IMG/VR virus record: IMGVR_UViG_3300043754_000129
Span: 224,001 to 288,000 of that record
DNA: 64,000 bases
Strand: one strand, 5' to 3'
DNA from: a virus
Lineage: Duplodnaviria; Caudoviricetes
Part shown: positions 24,745-33,371 of the stretch, one piece after another
Numbering within the stretch: position 1 is the first letter of the stretch
How the letters are laid out: each line of letters opens with the position of its first letter
Notes under the pieces: model-generated
The model's database searches: none
Seen by the model: only the letters and a program-made list of their open reading frames with translations
What the model was told of the DNA's origin: nothing
Made by a program: the position numbers and the translations under genes

Positions 24745-25176
24745 TTATTGTTGCGTGAGCCTTCTCAAAATACCCCGTTTGGCTTCGCGGCGTTTGCGAA
24801 CCTGCGCCTTAAAGACTTGGCGAAACGACTTCATGTCATCGCGCAGCTTCACCTTGTTTTCGGCCAGAATGCGGGCCCAGGCGACGAACTGCCACGAGTG
24901 GTGCCGTACCTTCTGAGCGCGTTCGAGCTCCTCCATGAATTCGGGGCGCGTCATCGTCTGTTGCTCTTTCTTCAGCTGGATCGACCGACTGATATTGAGC
25001 GAGTACTTCAGACTGTCGATGCTGTGCGAGCCCGTAGCACCAACCTGCGCATTGCGACTCAGCTTAAGAAAGGTGAGCTGGCTTTGCTTGTAGTTCTGCA
25101 TGCAACTACGCCACGCGGGTTGCTTGCGGCGTTCACGGTTGATGCGACGGCGCAGCCTGACTGCTTTGGACAACAT
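24745..25176 (-). CDS. basic hypothetical protein with MLSK leader
   Basis: AGGAGG RBS; MLSKAVRLRRRIN. Confidence 0.7.
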   Translation of the reverse strand: MLSKAVRLRRRINRERRKQPAWRSCMQNYKQSQLTFLKLSRNAQVGATGSHSIDSLKYSLNISRSIQLKKEQQTMTRPEFMEELERAQKVRHHSWQFVAWARILAENKVKLRDDMKSFRQVFKAQVRKRREAKRGILRRLTQQ

Positions 25177-25186
25177 AATGCCTCCT

Positions 25187-25218
25187 GACGGCATAAGGGG
25201 CGGACCGAAGCCCGCCCA
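25187..25218 (-). terminator. terminator with TTATGCCGT tail
   Basis: GGGCGGGC-TTCG-GTCCGCCC then CTTATGCCGT. Confidence 0.7.
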
Positions 25219-25223
25219 CTGCC

Positions 25224-25589
25224 TTAGTCGTGCGTGACCTTGGTGTACGTTTCCACGTCCGCCGCCAAGATGGTGCCGCACCACGCTTCGTTCTTGACGA
25301 TGATCGCCGCGTACGGACCATAGCCGTCATCCGAGCTCACCGGCGCTTCGAGGATGAACTGCTCGGTGCCTTCCGTACCCCACGGCTTCCAGCCCGTCTT
25401 CTGCTTGGCTTCCGTGTACGCCTCCAGATCGCCGAACTCCACCGTCGTCGTGTGCTTCTGCTCGAAGTGGATCACGTTGTGCAGTTCGAGTTGACGATCC
25501 GTCGATTCGCTCGACAGACGCTCACCGTGTTCTTCGGAGATGTTTTCCGGATACGGGAACGGGTAGTGGTTCGTGAGAATCAGCTTCAT
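25224..25589 (-). CDS. hypothetical protein
   Basis: 121 aa, AACCAAGGAG RBS. Confidence 0.75.
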   Translation of the reverse strand: MKLILTNHYPFPYPENISEEHGERLSSESTDRQLELHNVIHFEQKHTTTVEFGDLEAYTEAKQKTGWKPWGTEGTEQFILEAPVSSDDGYGPYAAIIVKNEAWCGTILAADVETYTKVTHD

Positions 25590-25614
25590 GTACGGCTCCT
25601 TGGTTGTAGTGCGT

Positions 25615-26133
25615 TTAGTGCGACAGATCGAGCGTATGCATTTCCAGCGTACGCGCGTTGTCGAGGTCGGGGAATGCCTGCTTTACTGCGGTGTGAACCG
25701 CCGGCAGCTGGGTGCTGTTAAGCGATTCGTGGCGCTTGTGCTCGCTGTAGAACTTGCTGTAGAAGAACTCGTACACCCGACGAGCCGCGAGCGGCGCTTG
25801 GGCAGCCGTCACGTTCTTGCAGCAGAACACGAACATCAGTTCCGGATGGCCGTAACGATAGAGCTTCAGATTGAAGTCACCGCCCTTAGCCACTTCTTGC
25901 TCGACCATCATCAGGTTGAGCTCACCCTCTTGCCCGTACGCGACGTATGCCGAGAGTCCCAGCAGCTGATTGTTCAGCATGCGCGAAGCGAACACCGGGT
26001 CGACAAAGGGCAGGTTATTGGGGAGCACTGACCAGCCGACTTCCGGACCCATGCGCCGGTCGAGCTCTTGACAGATCATGTCAAAGAGTTGTTCGGCACG
26101 CGGGCGATCGAGACCGAAGTTACCGATCTTCAT
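25615..26133 (-). CDS. hypothetical protein
   Basis: 172 aa, ATGA overlap. Confidence 0.75.
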   Translation of the reverse strand: MKIGNFGLDRPRAEQLFDMICQELDRRMGPEVGWSVLPNNLPFVDPVFASRMLNNQLLGLSAYVAYGQEGELNLMMVEQEVAKGGDFNLKLYRYGHPELMFVFCCKNVTAAQAPLAARRVYEFFYSKFYSEHKRHESLNSTQLPAVHTAVKQAFPDLDNARTLEMHTLDLSH

Positions 26134-26333
26134 TTCTTCTTCTCCTTCGGCACGAACGCGTGGGGGCAGCGCGTCGGCAGGCAGGCGCGCGCCTTCATCA
26201 GGTCGCCCATGGACGGCGCCTTGGGCTTGCCGTTTTCATCCATGCACTGACCGATGAAGTCGTTGAAGTGATCCGTCACTGCACGAATGGCGTGCTCGAG
26301 CAGGATCTTCTCTTGCAAAGTCTGAGACGTCAT
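26130..26333 (-). CDS. hypothetical protein
   Basis: 67 aa, AACCAAGGAA RBS. Confidence 0.7.
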   Translation of the reverse strand: MTSQTLQEKILLEHAIRAVTDHFNDFIGQCMDENGKPKAPSMGDLMKARACLPTRCPHAFVPKEKKK

Positions 26334-26360
26334 TGCTTTCCTTGGTTTATTGTAGATGAA

Positions 26361-26750
26361 TTACTTCTGGGCCTCGATACGCGTCTTGACCATTTCGTGC
26401 ATCTTGAGCAGCGTATCGGTGTACGTCTCGACAATTGCCGTCGAGCGCTGGACGTGAATCGAGAGTGACTCGAGACCCGTTTGCGTATCCGGCGGAAGCG
26501 AGACGAACTTCTTGCCACTGATGTTGGCAAAGTAATGCGAGAACACGAGAAGCTCCGCGGTCATACGCGAAGCCTCCCGGATGTTGTTCACCAGCATGTG
26601 CATCTTCAACTTGTCGTTGCTGATAGCACCCACGACTGCCAAGCGCGAGCTGACATGCAAGCGCAAGATGGCGTGGTTCAGTTCTTCCGGCAGCTCAGGG
26701 ACTACCGTCGCTTCGATCTTCGCAACCAATTCGTTTACGTCGAACGTCAT
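26361..26750 (-). CDS. hypothetical protein, paralog of 29414-29788
   Basis: FDVNELVAKIEATVVPELP vs FNVQALLDQIEATVVPELP. Confidence 0.7.
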   Translation of the reverse strand: MTFDVNELVAKIEATVVPELPEELNHAILRLHVSSRLAVVGAISNDKLKMHMLVNNIREASRMTAELLVFSHYFANISGKKFVSLPPDTQTGLESLSIHVQRSTAIVETYTDTLLKMHEMVKTRIEAQK

Positions 26751-26794
26751 GATGTCTGTCCTGTAATAGAGCACCGGAATTGATGCTCATGTTG

Positions 26795-26823
26795 GTGATA
26801 TATGGCTCAGTCTGCTTTGAGCC
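26795..26823 (-). promoter_or_regulatory. phage-specific promoter-like motif (copy 2)
   Basis: GGCTCAAAGCAGACTGAGCCATATATCAC immediately after upstream stop codon. Confidence 0.65.
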
Positions 26824-27411
26824 TTATTCGAAGAAGAAAATGCCGTGGTGGAAACCGGGCATCTTCGTATTGCCTTCCTTGTTCGTGAGCGTGCCATCGC
26901 TCCAGCGATTGTAGTCCACGCTGAGCTTGGCGATGCCTTCAAGCAACATCTCGGCGTCGTCCTCGTAGCCCGGGAAGTACTTTTCGGCCCAATCGCGCGC
27001 CCGCTCATGCGACACGGCTTCTTCGGTCGAGTCGAACCAGCCACGCATGTCGAAGAACATCATCGTCATGACAAGCGACGCTCGCGAGAGATTGCCCTGC
27101 TCGGACTTGATGCGCGTCACGCACTTCCATTCCTGCTTGCCCGGCGGCAGATCGGTGCGCTTCTTGTAAAACGAGATGTTGATGGTCATCTCACTGGCCA
27201 TCTGGCCGTCGCCGATGTTGGCCATGGCGTGGATGTCGTCGGGCATCAGGCTGATCGACGTGATCGGCTCACCGCGCACAATGAGGTTCGAGTTGTTCTC
27301 GAACATGCCGATGTTGGGCAGACCGTAGATCTTGCCACGTTCCTCGATGTCCATGATAATCTCGTGGATCGAGTCGTTCAGAAATGCGTTGTAGCTGCGA
27401 ATGATGCTCAT
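26824..27411 (-). CDS. hypothetical protein
   Basis: 195 aa. Confidence 0.75.
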   Translation of the reverse strand: MSIIRSYNAFLNDSIHEIIMDIEERGKIYGLPNIGMFENNSNLIVRGEPITSISLMPDDIHAMANIGDGQMASEMTINISFYKKRTDLPPGKQEWKCVTRIKSEQGNLSRASLVMTMMFFDMRGWFDSTEEAVSHERARDWAEKYFPGYEDDAEMLLEGIAKLSVDYNRWSDGTLTNKEGNTKMPGFHHGIFFFE

Positions 27412-27920
27412 GCGACTTCCTTTTCTTTTAGTCGTTCGCCAGCCATGTAGGCGACGAGGAGTTGAACTACTTGACGAATGCGCGAACCTTCATCGGCAGT
27501 GATGTCGATCGGCCAGTTGGTCTGCTCGAACAGATCTGCCGGGTCCGTGTAGACGACAGGGGCGTAGGTCGAATTCAGGAACCACCATGCAGCGAGTACT
27601 GCTGCCACGCGATGGTCACGCGGTCCAATGCGGTACTCCATGCACTGGCCTTCTTTCGCCGCATTCAGATAGAAGCGCATCTGAAGCGACTCACCGGGTG
27701 CGCGCGGCGGGTAGTAGAACGTCACCCCAGCGACAGCACCCGGACGGTTCGATTCGATCGCCGTGAACGAGACTTCGATCACGTCCGTGGCCAAACGAAT
27801 GCGGGTGCCCGCGGCTGTCGCCAAACGCATCTTGACCGGCATGTGCATGTCCATGAAACACGTCATGATCCGGTCGATGTCCCCGAATATGCGGGTGTGG
27901 TTGATTTGAATCTGTTCCAT
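27408..27920 (-). CDS. hypothetical protein
   Basis: 170 aa, ATGA overlap. Confidence 0.75.
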   Translation of the reverse strand: MEQIQINHTRIFGDIDRIMTCFMDMHMPVKMRLATAAGTRIRLATDVIEVSFTAIESNRPGAVAGVTFYYPPRAPGESLQMRFYLNAAKEGQCMEYRIGPRDHRVAAVLAAWWFLNSTYAPVVYTDPADLFEQTNWPIDITADEGSRIRQVVQLLVAYMAGERLKEKEVA

Positions 27921-27925
27921 GTTGG

Positions 27926-28060
27926 TTATGCGAAAATCCAGTAGACGAGCAACCCGAGAAAGATCACGAGCAGGGAGAGAAGCCCGCTGGCTTCAATGAG
28001 GCACGCGTAGGCGAGGATGTCCCCGACTACGTCGTACCAGCGGCGACGGTAGAAGCTCAT
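27926..28060 (-). CDS. small membrane protein (44 aa)
   Basis: MSFYRRRWY then hydrophobic helix; ATGA overlap. Confidence 0.55.
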   Translation of the reverse strand: MSFYRRRWYDVVGDILAYACLIEASGLLSLLVIFLGLLVYWIFA

Positions 28061-28683
28061 ACCGAGTAGAACACGCGCTTGTCTTCGAGGAATTCCGTCA
28101 CGGCCCACGTGTACGCTTTCACGTCGTCATCGTAGTCCATGTCCGGATCGCACCACGTGAAGCTCCACTCCATGGCTTCGCACAGCTGCCAGAAGCGACT
28201 CGCCATGCCACCCGTGAAGATCTTCTCGAAGGCCGCCTTCCAGCCATCGTGACCCTTCGCGCCGTAACGCAGCTCGGTCATCTCGTGTTCGAGGATCAGC
28301 ATCTGACGGAACAGATCGCGTTCGTACTCCGTCTTGTTCGCACCCATCATCGAGACTTTGATGAAGAAACCTTCACCATTGTTCTTGCTGTCGGGGGCGA
28401 AGTCGGGGAGCAGGTTGTGCGGGTCGCTAAAGTCGTGCGCAGTGCCCGTAGAACGGCCGCGGTCGCTGTCGCGGTTGTAGCGAGCACCCAAGTGAGGGGC
28501 TTCCGCGTCGTCGCCTTGTACGGTCTCGTAGCCCTTGTGCTGGTCGTTGACCTTGACGATCTTCACCATCTTGCCGTCACGCCGGGGATAGCTCTTACCC
28601 AGTTCGAACGGCAGGCTCCCCTCGATCGAGTAGCAGGGGCTTTCACGCATTGCGATAGCGCGTGCCAGAGTGGTTGAGGTCAT
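28057..28683 (-). CDS. hypothetical protein
   Basis: 208 aa, AAGAGAACC RBS. Confidence 0.7.
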   Translation of the reverse strand: MTSTTLARAIAMRESPCYSIEGSLPFELGKSYPRRDGKMVKIVKVNDQHKGYETVQGDDAEAPHLGARYNRDSDRGRSTGTAHDFSDPHNLLPDFAPDSKNNGEGFFIKVSMMGANKTEYERDLFRQMLILEHEMTELRYGAKGHDGWKAAFEKIFTGGMASRFWQLCEAMEWSFTWCDPDMDYDDDVKAYTWAVTEFLEDKRVFYSV

Positions 28684-28696
28684 GTTGGTTCTCTTT

Positions 28697-28978
28697 TTAA
28701 TAAGAAGGGGGTTGGGTGAGGAACAGCGAGAGGATGCCAGTCAGCAGAAAAACCATGCCGCTCGCAAACCACGCATAACGCATCTGTTTGTTCCCCGGGG
28801 GTTCGTTCTCTTCAATGTCGACGTGACTGGTCGTGACTTGCCGCATGCCGTACGTGATCGTTTCCGAATACGTCACCACGTTCATCTCACGCCGGAAGTC
28901 TGCGCGGATGTACATGGCCATGCTGGCGATCCCACAGGTCAGGCAGATCGCCATAATCCACATTTCAGTTACCGGCAT
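28697..28978 (-). CDS. two-TM membrane protein
   Basis: two hydrophobic helices. Confidence 0.65.
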   Translation of the reverse strand: MPVTEMWIMAICLTCGIASMAMYIRADFRREMNVVTYSETITYGMRQVTTSHVDIEENEPPGNKQMRYAWFASGMVFLLTGILSLFLTQPPSY

Positions 28979-28981
28979 TCC

Positions 28982-29404
28982 TTACTCCAGAAAAGCGTCC
29001 ACGGACACACAGAAGCGTGCAGCCAACTTGATTGCCGAAGCCTTGCTCAGGTTACGACGCCCGCTCAGGAAGTCACTGACGACCGACGGATGCATGCAGT
29101 CAGACAGATCCTTCTGTTTGAGCTTGTGCGCCTCCATCAGGTATTTCAGGAGTTCACGCGGCGTTGCGACAGGCGGTTCACTCTGCTTGTCCCAGCCGTA
29201 GATCAGTTCCGTGGCGATCACGTACAGATCGTGCAGCTCGTGGCCTTCCACATGCGCGCCCAAATCGACGAGACCATTGGCGTGCTGCACCATCACGTTG
29301 TACTCTTCCGGCGTACGGATGACCTTCAGCGGGAAGAAGGCGAGGAAGTCCTTGTAGGCCTGCAACACATTGCCGATGACCAGTTTCTTTTCTACCGTCG
29401 ACAT
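28982..29404 (-). CDS. higA: HigA-family antitoxin/Xre HTH regulator (orphan)
   Basis: IRTPEEYN...LIYGWD...PRELLKYLMEAHKLKQKDL...SVVSDFLSGRRNLSK...LAARF. Confidence 0.85.
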   Translation of the reverse strand: MSTVEKKLVIGNVLQAYKDFLAFFPLKVIRTPEEYNVMVQHANGLVDLGAHVEGHELHDLYVIATELIYGWDKQSEPPVATPRELLKYLMEAHKLKQKDLSDCMHPSVVSDFLSGRRNLSKASAIKLAARFCVSVDAFLE

Positions 29405-29413
29405 ACTGACTCC

Positions 29414-29788
29414 TTATTTGATGGGCTTGCCGATCACAGCGGCCATGGTGAGGACGTACACGTGCGCAATCGCTGCGCTACGTTGCACGAGCGTATTCAG
29501 ATGCGTCATCGCCACTTTTTGTTCATCCGAGAACTTATTGAACTTGTCGATGGTGATGTTGCCCACATACGTCGTGAATTCCATCATGCTCTGGTTCAGA
29601 CGCTGGGCTTCGATCAACGCCGTCAGACAGAGGTGCTTGCGCTCTTCCTCGCTCGTGACGAGGATGATCTGGCTGAGTACCGCGGCGACGTAGCGCTCCA
29701 GTTGGATGGGGTGATGATCGTGGGGAAGCTCCGGCACCACTGTGGCTTCAATCTGATCCAGCAGTGCCTGCACATTGAACTCTTTCAT
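29414..29788 (-). CDS. hypothetical protein, paralog of 26361-26750
   Basis: shared IEATVVPELP motif; TAGGAG RBS. Confidence 0.7.
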   Translation of the reverse strand: MKEFNVQALLDQIEATVVPELPHDHHPIQLERYVAAVLSQIILVTSEEERKHLCLTALIEAQRLNQSMMEFTTYVGNITIDKFNKFSDEQKVAMTHLNTLVQRSAAIAHVYVLTMAAVIGKPIK

Positions 29789-29796
29789 GTCGGCTC

Positions 29797-30222
29797 CTAG
29801 TTGTGAGCAATGGCCCAAGCAAGCGCCATGAGTTCGCTGCGGTTGTGTTGTGTTTCGAGAGCGGCATTCACGAGCAGCACCCGTTCTCGCCATTTGATCT
29901 GTTCGCGAACCCAAAGCGTAGTCTTCCTACAGCTCGCAGCGACTATAGACACTGACATGTCGTGCGTGCGAATAGCCTCGTAGAGCAAGGCTGAGACCTG
30001 TGCTTCCAGATTAGCCGTGTACCTGATGATCTGCTCGATATCCATGCCACGTGCAATCAGTTCCTCGTCCGTCTTCGCGAACAGTTTTTCGTTGGTGCGG
30101 TTGGCGAGCTGATCGCGCTCACTCATGATGGAATTGAGTGCTCCACCTTCGTGCATGTGACTAAGTGCCGTACGGATGCGGCGAAACAGAAACTGCCATG
30201 CGAGTTGTTCTTGCTTGGTCAC
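29797..30222 (-). CDS. hypothetical protein, possible HTH
   Basis: 141 aa; MSVSIVAASCRKTTLWVREQI. Confidence 0.6.
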   Translation of the reverse strand: MTKQEQLAWQFLFRRIRTALSHMHEGGALNSIMSERDQLANRTNEKLFAKTDEELIARGMDIEQIIRYTANLEAQVSALLYEAIRTHDMSVSIVAASCRKTTLWVREQIKWRERVLLVNAALETQHNRSELMALAWAIAHN

Positions 30223-30310
30223 GATGAAGCTCCTTGGTTTGTAGGTTATTAAAATACTAAAATCATGTGGTGATATTCACCAGCCCCTTTACAACCGTAA
30301 GGACTGTTTC

Positions 30311-31147
30311 ATGCATCACGAGCAAAAGACTCCTGTTGCACCGACGAAAGCCACGCGCGTCTACAATCGCAAGAAGAAGACGCTCGATGTGCGTGACCAC
30401 AAGTATCACGGTCACCTCACGTTCGGTGCTGCTGCGGTTCCTCCGAAAGTCGACCTCACGCCGCACTGCGGTCCGGTCTTCGATCAGGGCAACCTCGGCT
30501 CCTGCACGGCCAACGCCTGCGCGGGTGCTCTCGAGTACGAAGAGAACATCCAGAACAACAACGCCGCAGCCGTTCAGCTGTCGCGTCTGTTCCTGTACTA
30601 CAACGAACGTGCGCTCGAAGGCGACATCGGTCAAGACGCGGGTGGGGAAATCCGCGACGTGATCAAGGTTGCTGGCCAGTACGGTGCGCCGCTTGAAGCC
30701 ACGTGGCCGTACGACGATGGTCCCACGCAGTTCACGGTGAAGCCGTCGCTCGAAGCCTACGCGGAAGGTCTGAAGCACAAGGCCCTGCAATACCAAGCCG
30801 TGCCGCAAACGCTCGCGTCGTTCAAGCACGTGCTGGCTGTGTTCAACCGTCCGATCGTGATCGGTATCACGGTCTACGAATCGTTCGAGTCCGACTCGGC
30901 GATGTCGACGGGTATGATTCCGATGCCCAACACCATGCTCGAACAGTGCATGGGTGGTCACGCTGTGCTCGTCGTGGGTTACGACGATGCCAAGCAAGCG
31001 TTCCTCGTGCGTAACAGCTGGGGCAACGTCTATCCGCCGGCATGGCCGGGTTCGGCAGAAACCGGTTCGTTCTGGCTGCCGTACGAGTTCATGATGAACC
31101 CGGAACTCGCTGAAGACTTCTGGGTCATCACGTCGATCGCTGGCTAA
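30311..31147 (+). CDS. papain-family (C1A) cysteine protease
   Basis: DQGNLGSCTANA (Q/C), GGHAVLVVGYDD (H), VRNSWG (N); TAAGGA RBS. Confidence 0.93.
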   Translation: MHHEQKTPVAPTKATRVYNRKKKTLDVRDHKYHGHLTFGAAAVPPKVDLTPHCGPVFDQGNLGSCTANACAGALEYEENIQNNNAAAVQLSRLFLYYNERALEGDIGQDAGGEIRDVIKVAGQYGAPLEATWPYDDGPTQFTVKPSLEAYAEGLKHKALQYQAVPQTLASFKHVLAVFNRPIVIGITVYESFESDSAMSTGMIPMPNTMLEQCMGGHAVLVVGYDDAKQAFLVRNSWGNVYPPAWPGSAETGSFWLPYEFMMNPELAEDFWVITSIAG

Positions 31148-31148
31148 G

Positions 31149-31487
31149 CTAGCTTGAAGTACCGCCCGGGGTTTCCCCGGGCTTTATGCCGTCAGCTGTG
31201 ACGGTGTACCACTTGAGCTCGTACTTCATGGGCTTAGTTCCATCGTCAAAGAACGCTGTGGTCTCAAATGAGGACTCCTCCCATTGCCATTCGACGCGTT
31301 GCAATCCTTCGACTTTATCCATCACGCGCCGATGAAACTGAGCGAACTGCACTGCCCAGCGCTCGTCGACAAACTGCTTGCTTAAGAACTCGATGTATTC
31401 GATCCAGATGGCGCCGATAACATCGAGCGCAATGAGCCGTTGATTCATTCGCTCAAGCTTCTTGAGCTGCTGATCAAAGTCGTCCAC
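31149..31487 (-). CDS. hypothetical protein
   Basis: 112 aa. Confidence 0.6.
   Translation of the reverse strand: MDDFDQQLKKLERMNQRLIALDVIGAIWIEYIEFLSKQFVDERWAVQFAQFHRRVMDKVEGLQRVEWQWEESSFETTAFFDDGTKPMKYELKWYTVTADGIKPGETPGGTSS
31164..31192 (+). terminator. terminator of protease gene
   Basis: GCCCGGG-GTTTC-CCCGGGC then TTTATGCCGT, same tail as minus-strand terminators. Confidence 0.75.
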
Positions 31488-31495
31488 GATGTCCC

Positions 31496-31837
31496 TTATT
31501 CTCCATCGGGATGCTGCACCGCACCGGCACCGGTGTACATCAGGTTGCAGTTCATGCGCGCCCGATACGCACGCTGCTTAGCTGCGTCCATTGCATCTTC
31601 CAGACTGGAGAGCAGTTCGGTCGCCTGATCAATCAGGACAAGGTCGGGGGCAGCCATGCCTTGGCCTTCCTTATAGAACGGCGAGACGCGCTTGGTGATC
31701 GTGAAGATCAGGACTTCGAGTTGACCCAAGCGCTTCGGACCCTTAGGCGGCCTATTCAGAAACCCTTGCAGCAGTTCCCGTTCTTCGCGCAGGAGTTCAA
31801 AGAGTTTGCGTTCTTGGGGATGAAAGTGTCGCGGCAT
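31496..31837 (-). CDS. hypothetical protein
   Basis: start MPRHF after TAAGGAGA. Confidence 0.65.
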   Translation of the reverse strand: MPRHFHPQERKLFELLREERELLQGFLNRPPKGPKRLGQLEVLIFTITKRVSPFYKEGQGMAAPDLVLIDQATELLSSLEDAMDAAKQRAYRARMNCNLMYTGAGAVQHPDGE

Positions 31838-31847
31838 TGCGTTCTCC

Positions 31848-32468
31848 TTATGCTTGCACGATGTAGGTACGCGTTTCGGTCCAGCAACGCACGTCGTCTT
31901 CCAGATGCAGCGCCACGATCTTGCCATCGAAGCGCGTTTCGAAATAACAGTAGGCGTCCACCGTCTCATGTCCGATGGTGGCCAGCATGTCAAAGCGCCA
32001 GCCGCGCTTCGCCCGTTGCGTCGTGTCCGTCATGAGGAACGTGGCCGGGGTCATGCGAATCACGAAGTCGATGTCCACATGCAGCGGCACATTCGTGGCA
32101 CTCTTCAGGGCAGCAGCGGTCACGGTCACTGCGAAGTTGTTGATGTCTTCCGACACTTCCGTATCTGCCGACATCGCCTTGGTGTGATCCAAGAAACCCT
32201 TGCAGTGCGTCGTGATGTAGATACCGCGCTTGTGCAGGTCGCGCCAGATGTCCAACCCGCGCTGCAAGACACGAGTCGGTGCACCATCAAGCGTCGCCAT
32301 GCTGCACATGTACGGGATCTTCTCGCCAGTGGCCTTGTAGGCTTCCCATGCCGCGCCCATCATCGCGCTGTGGTCAGCCCGGAGCGGCTCCATCAGCTTG
32401 TCGCTGTATTCCCGGGCTTTGGCGAACTCCTCCGGTGTGCGGAGAATCAGACTAGATATACGTGCCAC
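31848..32468 (-). CDS. hypothetical protein
   Basis: 206 aa, AGGGG RBS. Confidence 0.7.
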   Translation of the reverse strand: MARISSLILRTPEEFAKAREYSDKLMEPLRADHSAMMGAAWEAYKATGEKIPYMCSMATLDGAPTRVLQRGLDIWRDLHKRGIYITTHCKGFLDHTKAMSADTEVSEDINNFAVTVTAAALKSATNVPLHVDIDFVIRMTPATFLMTDTTQRAKRGWRFDMLATIGHETVDAYCYFETRFDGKIVALHLEDDVRCWTETRTYIVQA

Positions 32469-32477
32469 ACATCCCCC

Positions 32478-32885
32478 TTATTCGAAGAAGATTCGTTTGT
32501 TAACATTCAGTTCCCGGCAATCGATGATTCTGCCCGCCGGATTACACTCCAGCAGAATCACGCCGATGTTCATCTTCTCGGCGTAGGTGCGGCGGCACTC
32601 ACCCACGTCGTACATCGTCGGTCCACCCTTCCAGAAGATCACGTGCCCATAGGCCTCACTGCCTTCCGTGAGCTCCAGCTGGGTACGCACCGACAACGCC
32701 ACCCCGCAACCCCAGTCGTGACTGAAATCGGGCAAAGCGGCTGCACGGGCGTAGAACGCAGTCAAGCGTCCATGGATGTACTGGGCTTGCTTTTCCGGCT
32801 CAATGCCGTGATCGAGAACGTATTCGAAAATCTTCGCTGTATCGTCCTCAATCAGCATGTCGAGCTCGGCCATAGAAACGGCCAC
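32478..32885 (-). CDS. hypothetical protein
   Basis: GTG start after TAAGGAGA. Confidence 0.7.
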   Translation of the reverse strand: MAVSMAELDMLIEDDTAKIFEYVLDHGIEPEKQAQYIHGRLTAFYARAAALPDFSHDWGCGVALSVRTQLELTEGSEAYGHVIFWKGGPTMYDVGECRRTYAEKMNIGVILLECNPAGRIIDCRELNVNKRIFFE

Positions 32886-32895
32886 GGTATTCTCC

Positions 32896-33288
32896 TTAAA
32901 TGGCAGTGAACAGTTCGATGGCTTCGCAGCGCTCATGCGGGAGCACTTCCTGCAACTTCTCCAGCACGGTCACCATGAAGTCCGTGGGGAAGATCTCGGC
33001 ATCCGAGGGCACGTTACTCCAGTGCCGGCCGATCATGTCGTCACGCCACGCGCCATCACCGCAGCGCATGTACAGAAACTTGTGTTGGTCGCCATCCTTG
33101 TAGCGACGTCGCACGACCCAACCAAAGGACATGTTGGTATGCAATTCGAGCAGGGCGGTTTCCAGCGCCTTGACTGAATCACGAATGCCGTCGTCGTAAG
33201 CACGCATGAAGTCGAACCGCGCCTCACGCCTGGGGAGAGTGGCTTCAACTGCCGTTACAAGGGGGTGCTTCTTGTCGGGGGTATTCAT
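32896..33288 (-). CDS. hypothetical protein
   Basis: AACCAAGGAG RBS, start MNTPDK. Confidence 0.7.
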   Translation of the reverse strand: MNTPDKKHPLVTAVEATLPRREARFDFMRAYDDGIRDSVKALETALLELHTNMSFGWVVRRRYKDGDQHKFLYMRCGDGAWRDDMIGRHWSNVPSDAEIFPTDFMVTVLEKLQEVLPHERCEAIELFTAI

Positions 33289-33313
33289 GCTGCTCCTTGG
33301 TTTATTAGTTAAA

Positions 33314-33356
33314 GGCATAAAGCCCGGCCCAGGGCAAACCGCTCCCCGGACCGTGC
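33314..33356 (-). terminator. terminator with TTTATGCC tail
   Basis: CGGTCCGGGG.../...CCCTGGGCCG hairpin then GCTTTATGCC. Confidence 0.7.
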
Positions 33357-33371
33357 TTCATGTAGTTCTTC

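Noticed and set aside
30269-30281. Palindrome GGTGA-TAT-TCACC upstream of the protease, partly resembling the promoter motif
   Set aside because: Lacks the spaced T(C/G)AA upstream element and occurs once; insufficient support
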